DNA of 64,000 nt. It comes from Spirochaetota bacterium. GTDB lineage: Bacteria; Spirochaetota; UBA4802; JAGODF01. The stretch covers positions 258,723 to 322,722 of the forward strand of contig DAIUCD010000001.1 of the NCBI GenBank assembly GCA_036846345.1, read 5' to 3'. Positions 29,053 to 39,555 of this stretch are shown one piece after another. Position numbers and translations under genes: made by a program. The notes beneath the pieces are model-generated. The model saw nothing but the letters and a program-made list of their open reading frames with translations, was not told where the DNA came from and did not search any database. Every line of letters starts with the position of its first letter. Within the stretch, counting starts at the first letter, position 1.

Positions 29053-29619
29053 ATGCTGAATAATGATGTATTGGTACTAAACTCTGGATTTATACCCATC
29101 CGTATTTCCAATGTACGGGAAGCGGTCTGTCTTATCAGCGCAAGAAAGGCCGTTGCGGTAGTGGAGGAGAATGCCTTCATCCGCTCTCCTTCCATTTCTC
29201 TGAGGGTTCCCTCGGTCATCTCCATTCTCGGTTATAATAGCTTTCCCAAGCGAAAGGTGGCTTTTTCCAAACTCAATGTACTGTATCGGGATGACATGAT
29301 ATGCCAGTATTGCGGAAGGAGATTTTCTGTCAGGGATCTTACTGTAGATCATGTCATCCCCAGGAGCCGCTGGGAGCAGATTACCGGGAAATCACCCAGG
29401 GAGGGATTTTCAAGCTGGCAGAATCTCGTTTGTGCCTGTCGCTGGTGCAATAATCGCAAGGGAAACAGGCTCCTTGCAGAAATTGGGTGGCAGCTTCCGA
29501 GAGATCCCTATGAGCCGGAATATATGCCCTATATTGTCCTGTCCTATGACAAGGCTCGCAATCGCGGCTGGCTGCCTTTCTGCTCCTTCAATGTGCGTCT
29601 GATCAGTATGATACCCTAG
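29053..29619 (+). CDS. HNH endonuclease (McrA-like small HNH family)
   Basis: HNH motifs CQYCG...DHVIPRS...CRWCNNRKGN. Family-typical N-terminus MLNNDVLVLNSGFIPI taken as the start (ATG 29053). Confidence 0.8.
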   Translation: MLNNDVLVLNSGFIPIRISNVREAVCLISARKAVAVVEENAFIRSPSISLRVPSVISILGYNSFPKRKVAFSKLNVLYRDDMICQYCGRRFSVRDLTVDHVIPRSRWEQITGKSPREGFSSWQNLVCACRWCNNRKGNRLLAEIGWQLPRDPYEPEYMPYIVLSYDKARNRGWLPFCSFNVRLISMIP

Positions 29620-31544
29620 ATCCGGCTCTTAGTGTAATTCAACAGTCCTCCCAGAAGCAATATCTCCCTTTGACGCGGGCTGGCGAGAAGGGAAGTTTTG
29701 AAAACATGCCCGGATATCTCCACTTCGATTTCCTGCCCCCTGTCCACCTGTTCCCGGCTTTTTTTAATCAGAAAACGGTCTCCCTGCTGGATCTTTTCAT
29801 AATCATCGGGGTTCGTGAAAACTAGCGGAAGAATACCAAAGTTGATGAGATTGGATGTATGGATGCGTTCAAAGGATTTGGCCAGTACAGCGCGTACTCC
29901 CAGATACATGGGGCAGATGGCGGCATGTTCCCGGCTGGATCCCTGACCATAGCTCAACCCTCCTATGATCATGGTGAACTGTCCCCGTTTTTTGTTTTCC
30001 AGAGCCCGGGATGAGAAGTCCTTGTCCACGTTTTCGAAGACGTATTTTGAATATTCCGGTATATTTGAGCGGTACTTCAGATGCTGCCCGGCGGGCATAA
30101 TATGGTCGGTGGTTATTTTATCCCCCACCTTGAGGCCGATGATACCGGCAATCTCCTCCTGTAAAGGCTCCGTGTAAGGAGGCTCACCGATGTTGGGTCC
30201 CCGGAAGACGGGACTCTTCTTCTCAGCGGGAGGGAGTATCATTGAATCATCGATAAGAAACCGTTCCGGCATGGGGACAACCGGGGCTTCCTGTGCGGGA
30301 TAATCGAGGGGGTTGACGAGTTCCCCCATGAGGGCTGACAGGGCAGCGGTTTCGGGGCTTACGAGAATGATCTGGGCCGATTGGGTTCCGGAGCGCCCCT
30401 CGAAATTACGATTATTCGTACGGAGGGAGACTCCCTCCGTTTGAGGGGCCAGACCGTTTCCGATGCAGAAGCCGCAAGCGGATTCCATGATTCGGGCACC
30501 GCTGGCGATCATATCGGCCATGGCTCCGTTTCGGGATATCATCTCCATGACCTGACGGGATCCCGGCGCTACGGCCAGGCTTACATCAGGATGGACCTTC
30601 CTGCCCTTGAGAATGGACGCAACCGTCATGAGATCTTTGAAGGATGAATTGGTACAGCTTCCAATGGCCACCTGATCGATTCTTATCCCCTTGACATCGG
30701 CCACTCGCTTGACATGGTCCGGCGAATGAGGAAGGGCCGCCATCGGTTCTATTGTATTAAGATCAATTTCGATGGTTCTATCGTAGACAGCGTCCGGACC
30801 CGCTGTAAGCTCTCTCCACTTGTGCCCGCGGTCCTGGGACTCAAGAAAGCCGCGGGTGATTTCATCGCTGGGAAAAACGGAGGTTGTAACCCCCAGTTCT
30901 GCTCCCATGTTGGTGATAGTGGCTCTCTCCGGAACGGAGAGTGAGGCGACTCCGGGACCCGTGTATTCCACGACACATCCCACATTGCCCTTGGTGGTAA
31001 GTATTTCCAAGACCTTGAGGATGATATCCTTGGCGGATACCCATGGCCGGAGCGCTCCAGTGAGCCTGACATTGATGACCCGGGGAGCTGTGAGATAGAA
31101 GGGCCCCCCGCCCATGGCGACCGCCACATCCAGACCCCCGGCGCCAATGGCGATCATACCGATGCCGCCCCCTGTGGGCGTGTGACTGTCGGAGCCCAGC
31201 AGGGTTGCTCCCGGACGCCCGAACCGTTCCAGATGAACCTGATGGCAGATCCCGTTCCCCGCACGGGAGTAGTAAATGCCGTGATTGGCGTTCATCGTCT
31301 GGAGATATCTGTGATCGTCCGCGTTCTCAAAACCCATCTGGAGGGTATTGTGGTCCACATAGGATACCGAGATTTCCGTTTTAACCCGATCAATCCCCAT
31401 GGCCTCGAATTGCAGGTAGGCCATGGTTCCCGTGGCGTCCTGGGTCAGAGTCTGGTCGATTCGAATGCCTATTTCGCTTCCGGGTATGAGATCTCCCTCC
31501 ATGAGGTGTTCTTGAAGTATTTTATAGGTAACAGACTGGTTCAT
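29616..31544 (-). CDS. aconitase-family hydratase with fused large (catalytic) and small (swivel) domains; putative aconitate hydratase
   Basis: Aconitase/LeuC-type N-terminus (ILQEHL...IRIDQTLTQDATG), Fe-S ligand region (GSCTNSS; CGFCIGNG) and a C-terminal LeuD-like swivel domain. 642 aa. Confidence 0.8.
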   Translation of the reverse strand: MNQSVTYKILQEHLMEGDLIPGSEIGIRIDQTLTQDATGTMAYLQFEAMGIDRVKTEISVSYVDHNTLQMGFENADDHRYLQTMNANHGIYYSRAGNGICHQVHLERFGRPGATLLGSDSHTPTGGGIGMIAIGAGGLDVAVAMGGGPFYLTAPRVINVRLTGALRPWVSAKDIILKVLEILTTKGNVGCVVEYTGPGVASLSVPERATITNMGAELGVTTSVFPSDEITRGFLESQDRGHKWRELTAGPDAVYDRTIEIDLNTIEPMAALPHSPDHVKRVADVKGIRIDQVAIGSCTNSSFKDLMTVASILKGRKVHPDVSLAVAPGSRQVMEMISRNGAMADMIASGARIMESACGFCIGNGLAPQTEGVSLRTNNRNFEGRSGTQSAQIILVSPETAALSALMGELVNPLDYPAQEAPVVPMPERFLIDDSMILPPAEKKSPVFRGPNIGEPPYTEPLQEEIAGIIGLKVGDKITTDHIMPAGQHLKYRSNIPEYSKYVFENVDKDFSSRALENKKRGQFTMIIGGLSYGQGSSREHAAICPMYLGVRAVLAKSFERIHTSNLINFGILPLVFTNPDDYEKIQQGDRFLIKKSREQVDRGQEIEVEISGHVFKTSLLASPRQREILLLGGLLNYTKSRI

Positions 31545-31693
31545 GATGTACCTTTATAAATTATGGGATAGGGGGAATTCTAATTGAAGAAATAATACCC
31601 TCAGTATTTACTTCCTTCTGTTCATGCTGTTGCAGTAACTGTGGAAAATATTTCCTGTCAATAAATATTTCTGGAAAGGGAAAGGGAACAGCT

Positions 31694-32101
31694 ATGGGTT
31701 CTGTTTTATGGGATAAAAGGTTAAGTGTAGGTTCCGCCATTCTGGACGAGGACCATCGCGGTATGATGGATGCCCTTAATGAATTAAACGAAAATTTGGA
31801 CAGCCCAGAGAGACTTCAGGATGTTTTCAACCGATTTGTTCATCTGACGGGGGTCCATTTTAAAAGGGAGGAGGCAATGATGCGTGCGTCGGGATTCATG
31901 GAAATTAAAGAACATGTCCGCGAGCACCAGGGATTTATTTTGAGCATAGGAAACATGCAGGAACAGCTGAAAAACCGGCGGGGGGTCATTAACGGGGAAC
32001 TGCTTGAAATTCTCAGGACCTGGCTGTTAAGTCATATCATGAAAATGGATGGGAAATACAGGGGTCTTCTCCATGATCAGGGGAGTAAACCGCTGCAGTG
32101 A
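31694..32101 (+). CDS. bacteriohemerythrin
   Basis: Hemerythrin HHE cation-binding signatures (DEDHRGMMDALNEL; H..E; HI..MD), 135 aa. Confidence 0.85.
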   Translation: MGSVLWDKRLSVGSAILDEDHRGMMDALNELNENLDSPERLQDVFNRFVHLTGVHFKREEAMMRASGFMEIKEHVREHQGFILSIGNMQEQLKNRRGVINGELLEILRTWLLSHIMKMDGKYRGLLHDQGSKPLQ

Positions 32102-32760
32102 TTGCCAAGAGCCTTAAAATATTCAAGGGAGTCTGTTTCTGGATCGGTATAGTATGCCTGACAGCCTTTGTTTTGCTGCTTTTATATTCCAATATTATCA
32201 TTCATCGATTTGCTGAACCCTATATCTATAGGGATATCGGGAGTCTTGATCGATATCATACGGGTCTGCTCCTGGGTACCAACAAATATCTCCGTGGACG
32301 CTCGCTCAATCCCTTTTATCAGAGCCGAATCGAAACAGCTGCTCAGCTTTACCATAAGGGTAAAATTCGATTTATCATTGCCAGCGGGGCCAATCCCGGG
32401 CCTTATTACAATGAACCTCATCAGATGAAGGAGGATTTGAAGCAAAAGGGAGTTCCCGCCAGGATGATCTTCCAAGATTATGCCGGATTGCGCACATTGG
32501 ATTCTGTTGTCCGCTGCAGATACATCTTTGGCCAGTCAAGGTTTTTGATTATCTCTCAGGATTTTCATAACAGGAGAGCTGTTTACCTGGCTCGGCAGTG
32601 GGGGATGGAAGCGGTCGGTTTCAACGCTCCCGGGGTCAGGGGGGTGCGAGTATGGAAAACAAGGATCAGGGAGATGTTTGCCAAACTCAAGGCCTTTCTG
32701 GACATACACATCTTTAAAACCCAGCCCCGGTTTCTAGGAAAGAGGATTAAAATCCCTTGA
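32098..32760 (+). CDS. SanA/YdcF-family (DUF218) membrane-anchored protein
   Basis: N-terminal TM segment plus SanA core LLLGTNKYLRGRSLNPFYQSRIETAAQLYHKGKIRFIIASGAN. GTG start overlaps the hemerythrin stop. Confidence 0.8.
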   Translation: MIAKSLKIFKGVCFWIGIVCLTAFVLLLLYSNIIIHRFAEPYIYRDIGSLDRYHTGLLLGTNKYLRGRSLNPFYQSRIETAAQLYHKGKIRFIIASGANPGPYYNEPHQMKEDLKQKGVPARMIFQDYAGLRTLDSVVRCRYIFGQSRFLIISQDFHNRRAVYLARQWGMEAVGFNAPGVRGVRVWKTRIREMFAKLKAFLDIHIFKTQPRFLGKRIKIP

Positions 32761-33983
32761 ACGGTTACGAGGATGTGATTATCGTAGGGGGTGGGCCGGC
32801 AGGATTGTTCTGCGCCGTCTGCTGTGCAACTGCAAAGCATGCCTCGGTTTTAGAAAAAATGCCGGAACCGGGTAGAAAGCTCCTCCTCTCGGGGACCGGA
32901 CGATGCAATCTGACTCATGGGGGGAATATCGATGATTTCCTTGAGCACTATGGAGAGAAGGGCCGTTTCCTGAAGCATGGCCTATACGCTTTCAGCAACC
33001 ATGATCTTCGGACATTCTTTCAGGAAAGGGGGGTGATGTGTGCCGAGGAGGACAATGGCAAGGTGTTTCCAGTTTCTGGCGGGGCTTCGAAAATTCTGGA
33101 GGTACTCCTGCGGGAGGTTGAACGGGCGGGAGCATCCGTGAAGACTGCCTGTTCGATAAAGAGCGTCAGCAGGGGGGGAGAGGTCTTTATGCTTCAGACG
33201 GATCGGGGGGAGATGACATCCAGGGCGCTGGTCATCGCTACCGGTGGAAAATCCTATCCTTATACGGGTTCCACGGGTGACGGCTTCCGTTTTGCCGAGT
33301 CTCTGGGTCATACCCTGATCGAGCCGGGTCCCGCCCTGGTTCCCGTCTATCCCGAGGACTATCCTTTTGGGGATCTCGCGGGGATTTCTATTCGGGATTC
33401 AGCTCTCATTCTCTACAGGGAAGGCCGCCGCCGGGGGGTGCATCAGGGGGATGTACTCTTCACTCACCGGGGGCTCTCCGGTCCGGGCATTCTGGATTTC
33501 TCCCGCAAGATTCGTGAAGGCGATCTATTATGCCTGTCTCTCATTTCGGCAGGTTTGAGGGGAGATTTCCCGGAACAGCTGGGATCCCATCTGAAAAGCC
33601 GGGCTTCACAATCAGTGAAAGGGGTCCTTTCACAATGGAGTATACCGGAAAGGCTCGCCGTCAGGATACTGCAGATGACGGGAATCCCGATGGATTTAAA
33701 ATGCGGGAACCTCAGCAGGGAAAAACGCAGAGCGATGGAGGAGATGATACTGTCCTGTACCATGAAGATAGGCAGGCTGGGGGATTTCCGCGAGGCGATG
33801 GTCACGAGGGGAGGAGTGGATTTACGGGAGGTGGATGCCCGAACCATGGAATCAAAAATCGTTTCGAACCTCTTTTTTATCGGGGAGGTACTGGATATTG
33901 ATGGAGATACGGGCGGTTATAACCTCCAGGCCTGCTTTTCCACCGCTTTTCTGGCGGGGATGAGTCTCCGGCAAAGAAAGTGA
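32757..33983 (+). CDS. HI0933/BaiN-family NAD(P)/FAD-dependent flavoprotein (aminoacetone-oxidase-like)
   Basis: Dinucleotide-binding motif DVIIVGGGPAGLFCA and the family-typical C-terminus (GGYNLQACFSTAFLAG), 408 aa. Confidence 0.85.
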   Translation: MNGYEDVIIVGGGPAGLFCAVCCATAKHASVLEKMPEPGRKLLLSGTGRCNLTHGGNIDDFLEHYGEKGRFLKHGLYAFSNHDLRTFFQERGVMCAEEDNGKVFPVSGGASKILEVLLREVERAGASVKTACSIKSVSRGGEVFMLQTDRGEMTSRALVIATGGKSYPYTGSTGDGFRFAESLGHTLIEPGPALVPVYPEDYPFGDLAGISIRDSALILYREGRRRGVHQGDVLFTHRGLSGPGILDFSRKIREGDLLCLSLISAGLRGDFPEQLGSHLKSRASQSVKGVLSQWSIPERLAVRILQMTGIPMDLKCGNLSREKRRAMEEMILSCTMKIGRLGDFREAMVTRGGVDLREVDARTMESKIVSNLFFIGEVLDIDGDTGGYNLQACFSTAFLAGMSLRQRK

Positions 33984-34052
33984 TGATGCCTTGATGTTAT
34001 TTCATTGAAAAGTTTTTTGCCGCTGTATAGTATGGAAAAAAAATAACTGTTA

Positions 34053-34688
34053 ATGAGGGACAATCCTATGCTTAAGATAGTGACAGGTACTTTACTGATC
34101 CTGTCATCAGTATGTCTGTTTTTTTATGGAAAACCGGCCCTTCTCAGTGAAAAGAGGATGGTTGAACGGTATAAATGGGTCAGGGAGCTGAAAGACGGTT
34201 CCTTCCGGGTAGGCGATCAAATCAGCATTGAGGGCAGGGTGAGCGACCGTAATCCGGTTCTGGTGCATAACTTTGTGGCTGCCAGGAAGGAAAAACGGGA
34301 TAAACAGGGGGGAAGCAATGGTGAATGGATCCCCGTCCATAAATACATTCAGCCCCTAATCATCGAGGTGCAGGGCGGCCAGATCCATCTTCTTGCTGAC
34401 GATATCTGTGTCATGGGGGATCATCTTCTCATCATTGAAACTGATGAGAAAACGGAACAGGGTGAGCCTGTTCGCTATGTCGGCGTGAAGCCCAAAGCGC
34501 CGGTCTTTCTTCTCGGAATTATAAAATCGGCAGATATCGTCACCATGCAGAAGAAGATCTCTTTTGTTGGGACCAGGGATCAATACCTCGATCGGATCGA
34601 TCAGGGCACTTTCACAATCAATGCCATCATCCTGCTCCTGCTCACAATGGGCATAGCCCTTGTCGGATGGGGTCTGTATAAAAAATGA
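34053..34688 (+). CDS. hypothetical membrane protein (TM segments at both ends)
   Basis: 211 aa with N- and C-terminal hydrophobic helices. Overlaps the downstream MFS gene start (ATGA). Confidence 0.5.
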   Translation: MRDNPMLKIVTGTLLILSSVCLFFYGKPALLSEKRMVERYKWVRELKDGSFRVGDQISIEGRVSDRNPVLVHNFVAARKEKRDKQGGSNGEWIPVHKYIQPLIIEVQGGQIHLLADDICVMGDHLLIIETDEKTEQGEPVRYVGVKPKAPVFLLGIIKSADIVTMQKKISFVGTRDQYLDRIDQGTFTINAIILLLLTMGIALVGWGLYKK

Positions 34689-36049
34689 ATACAGTGGAAA
34701 ATACGGCTCTTTTCATCTCCGCCCTGACCTCTTTTCTTACGGCGTTTCTCGGGTCTTCTATCAATATCGCCCTTCCTGTTATCGGTAAGGAGTTCTCCTC
34801 AGATGCCATCACACTTAGCTGGATTTCTACAATCTATCTGCTGACAGCGGCCATGTTTCTCGTCCCCTTCGGACGCATTGCGGATATTTGGGGGAACAAG
34901 AGGATTTTCAGTCTGGGGGTATTGGGGTTTACTCTGGCCTCCTTGCTCTGTTCCCTTGCTCAGACGGACCTTATGCTGATTATCTTCCGGGCCTTCCAGG
35001 GAATAGCCAGTGCCATGGTTTTCGGAACGGGCATTGCCATCGTAACCATGGTCTTCCCCCTGCAGAAGAGGGGTGCTGCTATCGGTATCAATGTGGCCAC
35101 TGTTTATATCGGACTGTCGATGGGACCTTTCCTGGGGGGGATGCTTACCCAGACGCTGGGTTGGCGCAGCTTGTTTCTGGTCAATGTTCCTCTCGGTGTC
35201 ATTGTATTTATACTGATTGGTCTGAAACTTAAGGGAGAATGGGCCGAGTCCAGGGGGGAATCCTTTGACCTGATCGGCTCCCTGCTCTACAGTATCAGCC
35301 TGGTTTCTCTCATGTACGGATTTTCCCACCTGCCGGAGCGCATAGGGCTACTCTTCTTTCTTGGGGGACTGGCTGGCATTACCGGATTCCTGATGTGGGA
35401 GATGCAGGCAAAACATCCCGTTCTTAACATCAATCTTTTCCGTCAGAACAGGGTCTTTGCTTTTTCAAATCTGGCAGCGCTCATTCATTACAGCTCGACC
35501 TTCGGGGTAACCTTTCTGTTGAGCCTTTATCTCGAGTATAACAAGCAGATGTCACCGGTACATACCGGGATGGTTCTGGTCGCTCAGCCGGTTATCATGG
35601 CCCTTTTCTCTCCCCTGGCCGGTCGGCTATCGGATAAGAGAGACCCGGGGAATGTGGCCTCCGCGGGTATGTTTCTGACCATTGTTGGGCTGGTGATCCT
35701 CATCTTCATTGATTCCTTCCAGGGATTGATTCCTATAATATTAACCCTCATGCTTCTGGGCTTCGGATTTGCGCTGTTCTCCTCTCCTAACACCAATGCA
35801 GTGATGAGTTCCGTGGAAAGAAAATTCTACGGTGTGAGTTCCGGCACTCTGGGAACCATGCGGCTTCTGGGGCAGATGCTCAGCATGGGCGTTGCCATGT
35901 TCATGTTCAGCCTTTTCATCGGCAGAAGGGAGATCGTTCCGGAGCATTATGACATGCTGCTGAAGAGCATCAGGCTTTCGTTCATGGTCTTTGCCGTCCT
36001 CTGCGTTGTGGGCCTTTTTGCCTCTTTGGTCAGAGGGAAGGCACGGTAG
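34685..36049 (+). CDS. MFS transporter, DHA2 (EmrB/QacA-like, 14-TM) family
   Basis: MFS motifs (GRIADIWGNKRIF; 14 predicted TM helices), 454 aa. Confidence 0.85.
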   Translation: MNTVENTALFISALTSFLTAFLGSSINIALPVIGKEFSSDAITLSWISTIYLLTAAMFLVPFGRIADIWGNKRIFSLGVLGFTLASLLCSLAQTDLMLIIFRAFQGIASAMVFGTGIAIVTMVFPLQKRGAAIGINVATVYIGLSMGPFLGGMLTQTLGWRSLFLVNVPLGVIVFILIGLKLKGEWAESRGESFDLIGSLLYSISLVSLMYGFSHLPERIGLLFFLGGLAGITGFLMWEMQAKHPVLNINLFRQNRVFAFSNLAALIHYSSTFGVTFLLSLYLEYNKQMSPVHTGMVLVAQPVIMALFSPLAGRLSDKRDPGNVASAGMFLTIVGLVILIFIDSFQGLIPIILTLMLLGFGFALFSSPNTNAVMSSVERKFYGVSSGTLGTMRLLGQMLSMGVAMFMFSLFIGRREIVPEHYDMLLKSIRLSFMVFAVLCVVGLFASLVRGKAR

Positions 36050-36223
36050 AAACATATACATTTAACTCATTGGGGGTAATTTCTTTCATTTATTGATTGA
36101 TCAGCATATACTGATGAGTTAGTATCAAAAAAGAGTCATACAAGCTTCGATTGGAAGGTTGACAATACTCCTTTAAGTGATCCTGGATAGTTCTCTCACC
36201 AAATATGATGTAAAGGAGCCCAT

Positions 36224-37780
36224 ATGAAAGCGATACTGGAGAGTTTCTTCTTAGGAAAGTACAGGGAAGCGTCCTTTCTGAAGCAGAGACTTGCCAAGAC
36301 CCTCATGTATTTCAATCTCGTGATATCCGCCCTTATTTTAACCCTGTTTGTCGTGGTTGTCATTCTCTCTCCCAGTGCGATTCGAACGGCAGGTCCGATC
36401 ATCGTCGTCATCGTCCTGGTCTGTCTCACGTCACTGTTTATACTGAGAAGCGGTCATTACAGTTTTGCCTCTAATTTTGTCGCTACGGTAATGGTTGTAT
36501 CTCTAATTCTGGGTATTTATGGCCGGGCCTTCAAGGATCCCCATACGGTTTATACAACGAATTTTTACTATCTCATGACCACCATCGTGTTTACAACCCT
36601 CTTCAGTACGCGACGATGGGTCATCAGCTTCACAGGCTTGATCATTGCCAACGATGTGATAGTGTTTTTGCTGATCAAAGATGTCCTGGATGAATCATCC
36701 CTTCAGGCGGCCCAGATAGGTATGATCTATTCCATATGCGCCATCGTAATAATAACCATACTGGTACAGCTTATCTATCAGATCTTTCAGTCTGCCATGG
36801 AAAAGATACGTGAAGAGCTATTAAAAAATCAGGAGCAGTATGGTATCATCGATAAGCTCTTTAACTCCGCCAAAGAGACCTCCAACCAACTGGCGGATCT
36901 CTCCAAGAACCTTTCCCTGACCTCTGAAAAGTTCTCCGGGAATTCACAGAATCAGGCCTCATCGATTGAGGAAATCACCTCGGCCATTGAAGAGATTTCT
37001 GCCGGAATGGATACCATGCACGAGGGCTCAAGCAGCCAGCACAGCGCCGTAATGGTGCTGATCGGAAAAATGAACGATCTTTCAGGAAGTATTAACGATG
37101 TGGGGGGCGTGTCCCGGGACACCTTGCGGTTGACTAACAGAATTTCCATCGAGGCGAAGGAAGGGGAGAACTCCCTCAAGCAGATGAATGAGAGTCTGGC
37201 TCATATCGTCAAGAGTTCTGATGACATCAAGAACATCATAGCCATTATTGATGACATTTCCGACCGGATCAATCTCCTCTCCTTGAATGCAGCCATTGAG
37301 GCAGCCAGGGCCGGTGATGCCGGGAGGGGTTTTGCCGTTGTGGCCGATGAGGTATCGAAGCTTGCCGATCAGACGGCGACGAGCATCAAGGAAATCGACA
37401 GCCTGATCCGGGTGACCAATGACGAAATCAACCATGGCATGAGCGATATGATGGATGTCATCAACAAAATCAGGACCATGATTGACGGCATCGGGGAGAT
37501 TACGTTAAAGATGAATAGCATTTTTGACTATGTCCAGAATCAGGTGGATCTGAATGTCGAAGTCAACAGGCATGTGGACACGGTCAAACTGAAGTCCGAG
37601 GAGATCAGAGTCGGTATTGAAGAACAGAAGAGGGCCTTTAATGAGATCCTCAAATCCATCGGAGAGATAAACGAATCCACGCAGGTTACGGTTTCAGAAG
37701 CTGATAAAATTGCGGACAACTCACGGCATATATCCGAGATGTCTGAAAATCTTGAGGAAATCATCAATTTCATCCGATAG
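36224..37780 (+). CDS. methyl-accepting chemotaxis protein with a multi-TM N-terminal region (no large periplasmic domain)
   Basis: Highly conserved MCP signalling hairpin [38 protein letters not shown]. About four N-terminal TM helices. Confidence 0.85.
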   Translation: MKAILESFFLGKYREASFLKQRLAKTLMYFNLVISALILTLFVVVVILSPSAIRTAGPIIVVIVLVCLTSLFILRSGHYSFASNFVATVMVVSLILGIYGRAFKDPHTVYTTNFYYLMTTIVFTTLFSTRRWVISFTGLIIANDVIVFLLIKDVLDESSLQAAQIGMIYSICAIVIITILVQLIYQIFQSAMEKIREELLKNQEQYGIIDKLFNSAKETSNQLADLSKNLSLTSEKFSGNSQNQASSIEEITSAIEEISAGMDTMHEGSSSQHSAVMVLIGKMNDLSGSINDVGGVSRDTLRLTNRISIEAKEGENSLKQMNESLAHIVKSSDDIKNIIAIIDDISDRINLLSLNAAIEAARAGDAGRGFAVVADEVSKLADQTATSIKEIDSLIRVTNDEINHGMSDMMDVINKIRTMIDGIGEITLKMNSIFDYVQNQVDLNVEVNRHVDTVKLKSEEIRVGIEEQKRAFNEILKSIGEINESTQVTVSEADKIADNSRHISEMSENLEEIINFIR

Positions 37781-37801
37781 AAGAATAAAAAGGGGGTTCG
37801 C

Positions 37802-38836
37802 ATGTTTGGACGACAGAGCAGTATCGGAGTGGTCGGGGCTGGCGCCATCGGTGGCATCACAGCAGGTTTTATAGCCAAGATGGGGTATGATGTTGAGATC
37901 GTCTGCAAATATTCCGATCTAGCGGATAGGATTCGGCAGACCGGCATACACATCTTCGGAGTTAAAGGGGATTATACAGTCAGGATGTCTGCCGTTGCAA
38001 GAATACAGGAGCTCAAGGATAAAAAGGATGTCGTGTTCCTGGCAACGAAGGCGACGGATATGATGGATGCCGCCCGTTCCCTCCTGCCCTATTTGAAAGA
38101 AGACTCCCTTGTGGTATCTCTTCAGAACGGCATATGTGAGGACGCTCTGGCAAAGGTTCTGGGCCGGGAGCGTACAATAGGATGTGTTGTGGGATGGGGA
38201 GCAACGATGCACAGTCCGGGGGAGCTTGAGATGACCTCTACCGGTGAGTTTATCGTGGGCAACATAGACCAGAAGCCCGATGACCGGCTCCTGTATGTCA
38301 AGGAACTGCTGGATAACGTAGTCCCCGTGGAGATATCCGACAATATTATGGGCAATCTCTATTCCAAGCTGATCATCAATTCCTGCATCACGTCGCTGGG
38401 AGCCATCTGCGGTCTTACACTCGGAAAGATGCTGGCCCAGAAAAAGATACGCACCCTCTTCATCGAAATCATGAGGGAGGCCATGGCTGTGGCAGCGGCC
38501 ATGGAACTGCACGTGGAGCCGTATGGAAGGAAGCTGGACTATTATAAATTCCTCGACAAGGGGACGTCTCTGGCGAATTTCCAGAGGCATCTGCTCATCC
38601 GGCTGATCGGGCTGAAGTACAGAAAGCTCAAGTCTTCCAGTCTCCAGTCTCTCGAGAGGGGCAAACCCTCTGAGATAGATTATCTCAACGGTTACATCGT
38701 TTCTAAGGCCCGGGAGCATTCCATACCGACACCGGTCAATGACAAGATTGTTCAGATGATCAAGGAAATCGAGGGCGGCACCCGCAAGATAACCATGGAG
38801 AATTTTTACGATTCATTCTTCTCGTCTTTTGAGTAG
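37802..38836 (+). CDS. panE: 2-dehydropantoate 2-reductase (ketopantoate reductase, ApbA/PanE family)
   Basis: N-terminal Rossmann motif IGVVGAGAIGG and ApbA C-terminal domain, 344 aa. Confidence 0.8.
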   Translation: MFGRQSSIGVVGAGAIGGITAGFIAKMGYDVEIVCKYSDLADRIRQTGIHIFGVKGDYTVRMSAVARIQELKDKKDVVFLATKATDMMDAARSLLPYLKEDSLVVSLQNGICEDALAKVLGRERTIGCVVGWGATMHSPGELEMTSTGEFIVGNIDQKPDDRLLYVKELLDNVVPVEISDNIMGNLYSKLIINSCITSLGAICGLTLGKMLAQKKIRTLFIEIMREAMAVAAAMELHVEPYGRKLDYYKFLDKGTSLANFQRHLLIRLIGLKYRKLKSSSLQSLERGKPSEIDYLNGYIVSKAREHSIPTPVNDKIVQMIKEIEGGTRKITMENFYDSFFSSFE

Positions 38837-38874
38837 CCGGTGATGGCTCCAAAGCGAAAGCTGAGTTCTCCCAA

Positions 38875-39555
38875 ATGAGGGTGATACGGGTATCTGACAT
38901 CCCCAGACCGAAATACAGAGAACTCTGCCAGGCGATCCCCCATCTGTCAGACGTAGAGTCGAATCCGAAGATACGGATGCTGATAGAGGAGGGTTTGCGA
39001 ATATCTGAGCCTGCAGCCCTGTACCGAGAGGTACCCATTGATGAGAGAGGCGAGGATTCTATTCTCGCGGGTGGCGTTAAACTCGTCAGCCCCCTTCTCT
39101 CTGATATTACGGGGCATGCCAGGGCTGTTTTCCCTTTTGTTCTGACTATCGGTTCTGCAATGGATGCCTGGATGGATTCCCTTCAGGATCTGTATCATCG
39201 TTACTGGGCCGATCTCATTGCGACGGAAATACTGCACTGCTCGATTCTCTATCTGGACGGGATCATCCGGGAAAACCGAGAGATTAAACATCTCGCCATG
39301 ATGAACCCCGGTTCCCTGGAATCCTGGCCTCTGGAAGAGCAAAACAAAATCTTCTCTTTGCTCGGCGGGAACTGGCGGGATATCGGTGTAGAACTCCTAC
39401 CAACATTTTTTATGAAACCGCTAAAAACCGTTTCGGGTATTAAGTTTTCAACGGAATCGGTGTTCGAGGCATGTCAGGCCTGTTCCCGGGAGGGATGTCC
39501 GACACGAAGGGCACCACGGGATCCGCGTTTTGCCTCAAAGTATCAAATCCTGTAG
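38875..39555 (+). CDS. hypothetical protein with a Cys-rich C-terminus
   Basis: 226-aa ORF. C-terminal CQACSREGCPTRR. No confident domain assignment. Confidence 0.45.
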   Translation: MRVIRVSDIPRPKYRELCQAIPHLSDVESNPKIRMLIEEGLRISEPAALYREVPIDERGEDSILAGGVKLVSPLLSDITGHARAVFPFVLTIGSAMDAWMDSLQDLYHRYWADLIATEILHCSILYLDGIIRENREIKHLAMMNPGSLESWPLEEQNKIFSLLGGNWRDIGVELLPTFFMKPLKTVSGIKFSTESVFEACQACSREGCPTRRAPRDPRFASKYQIL

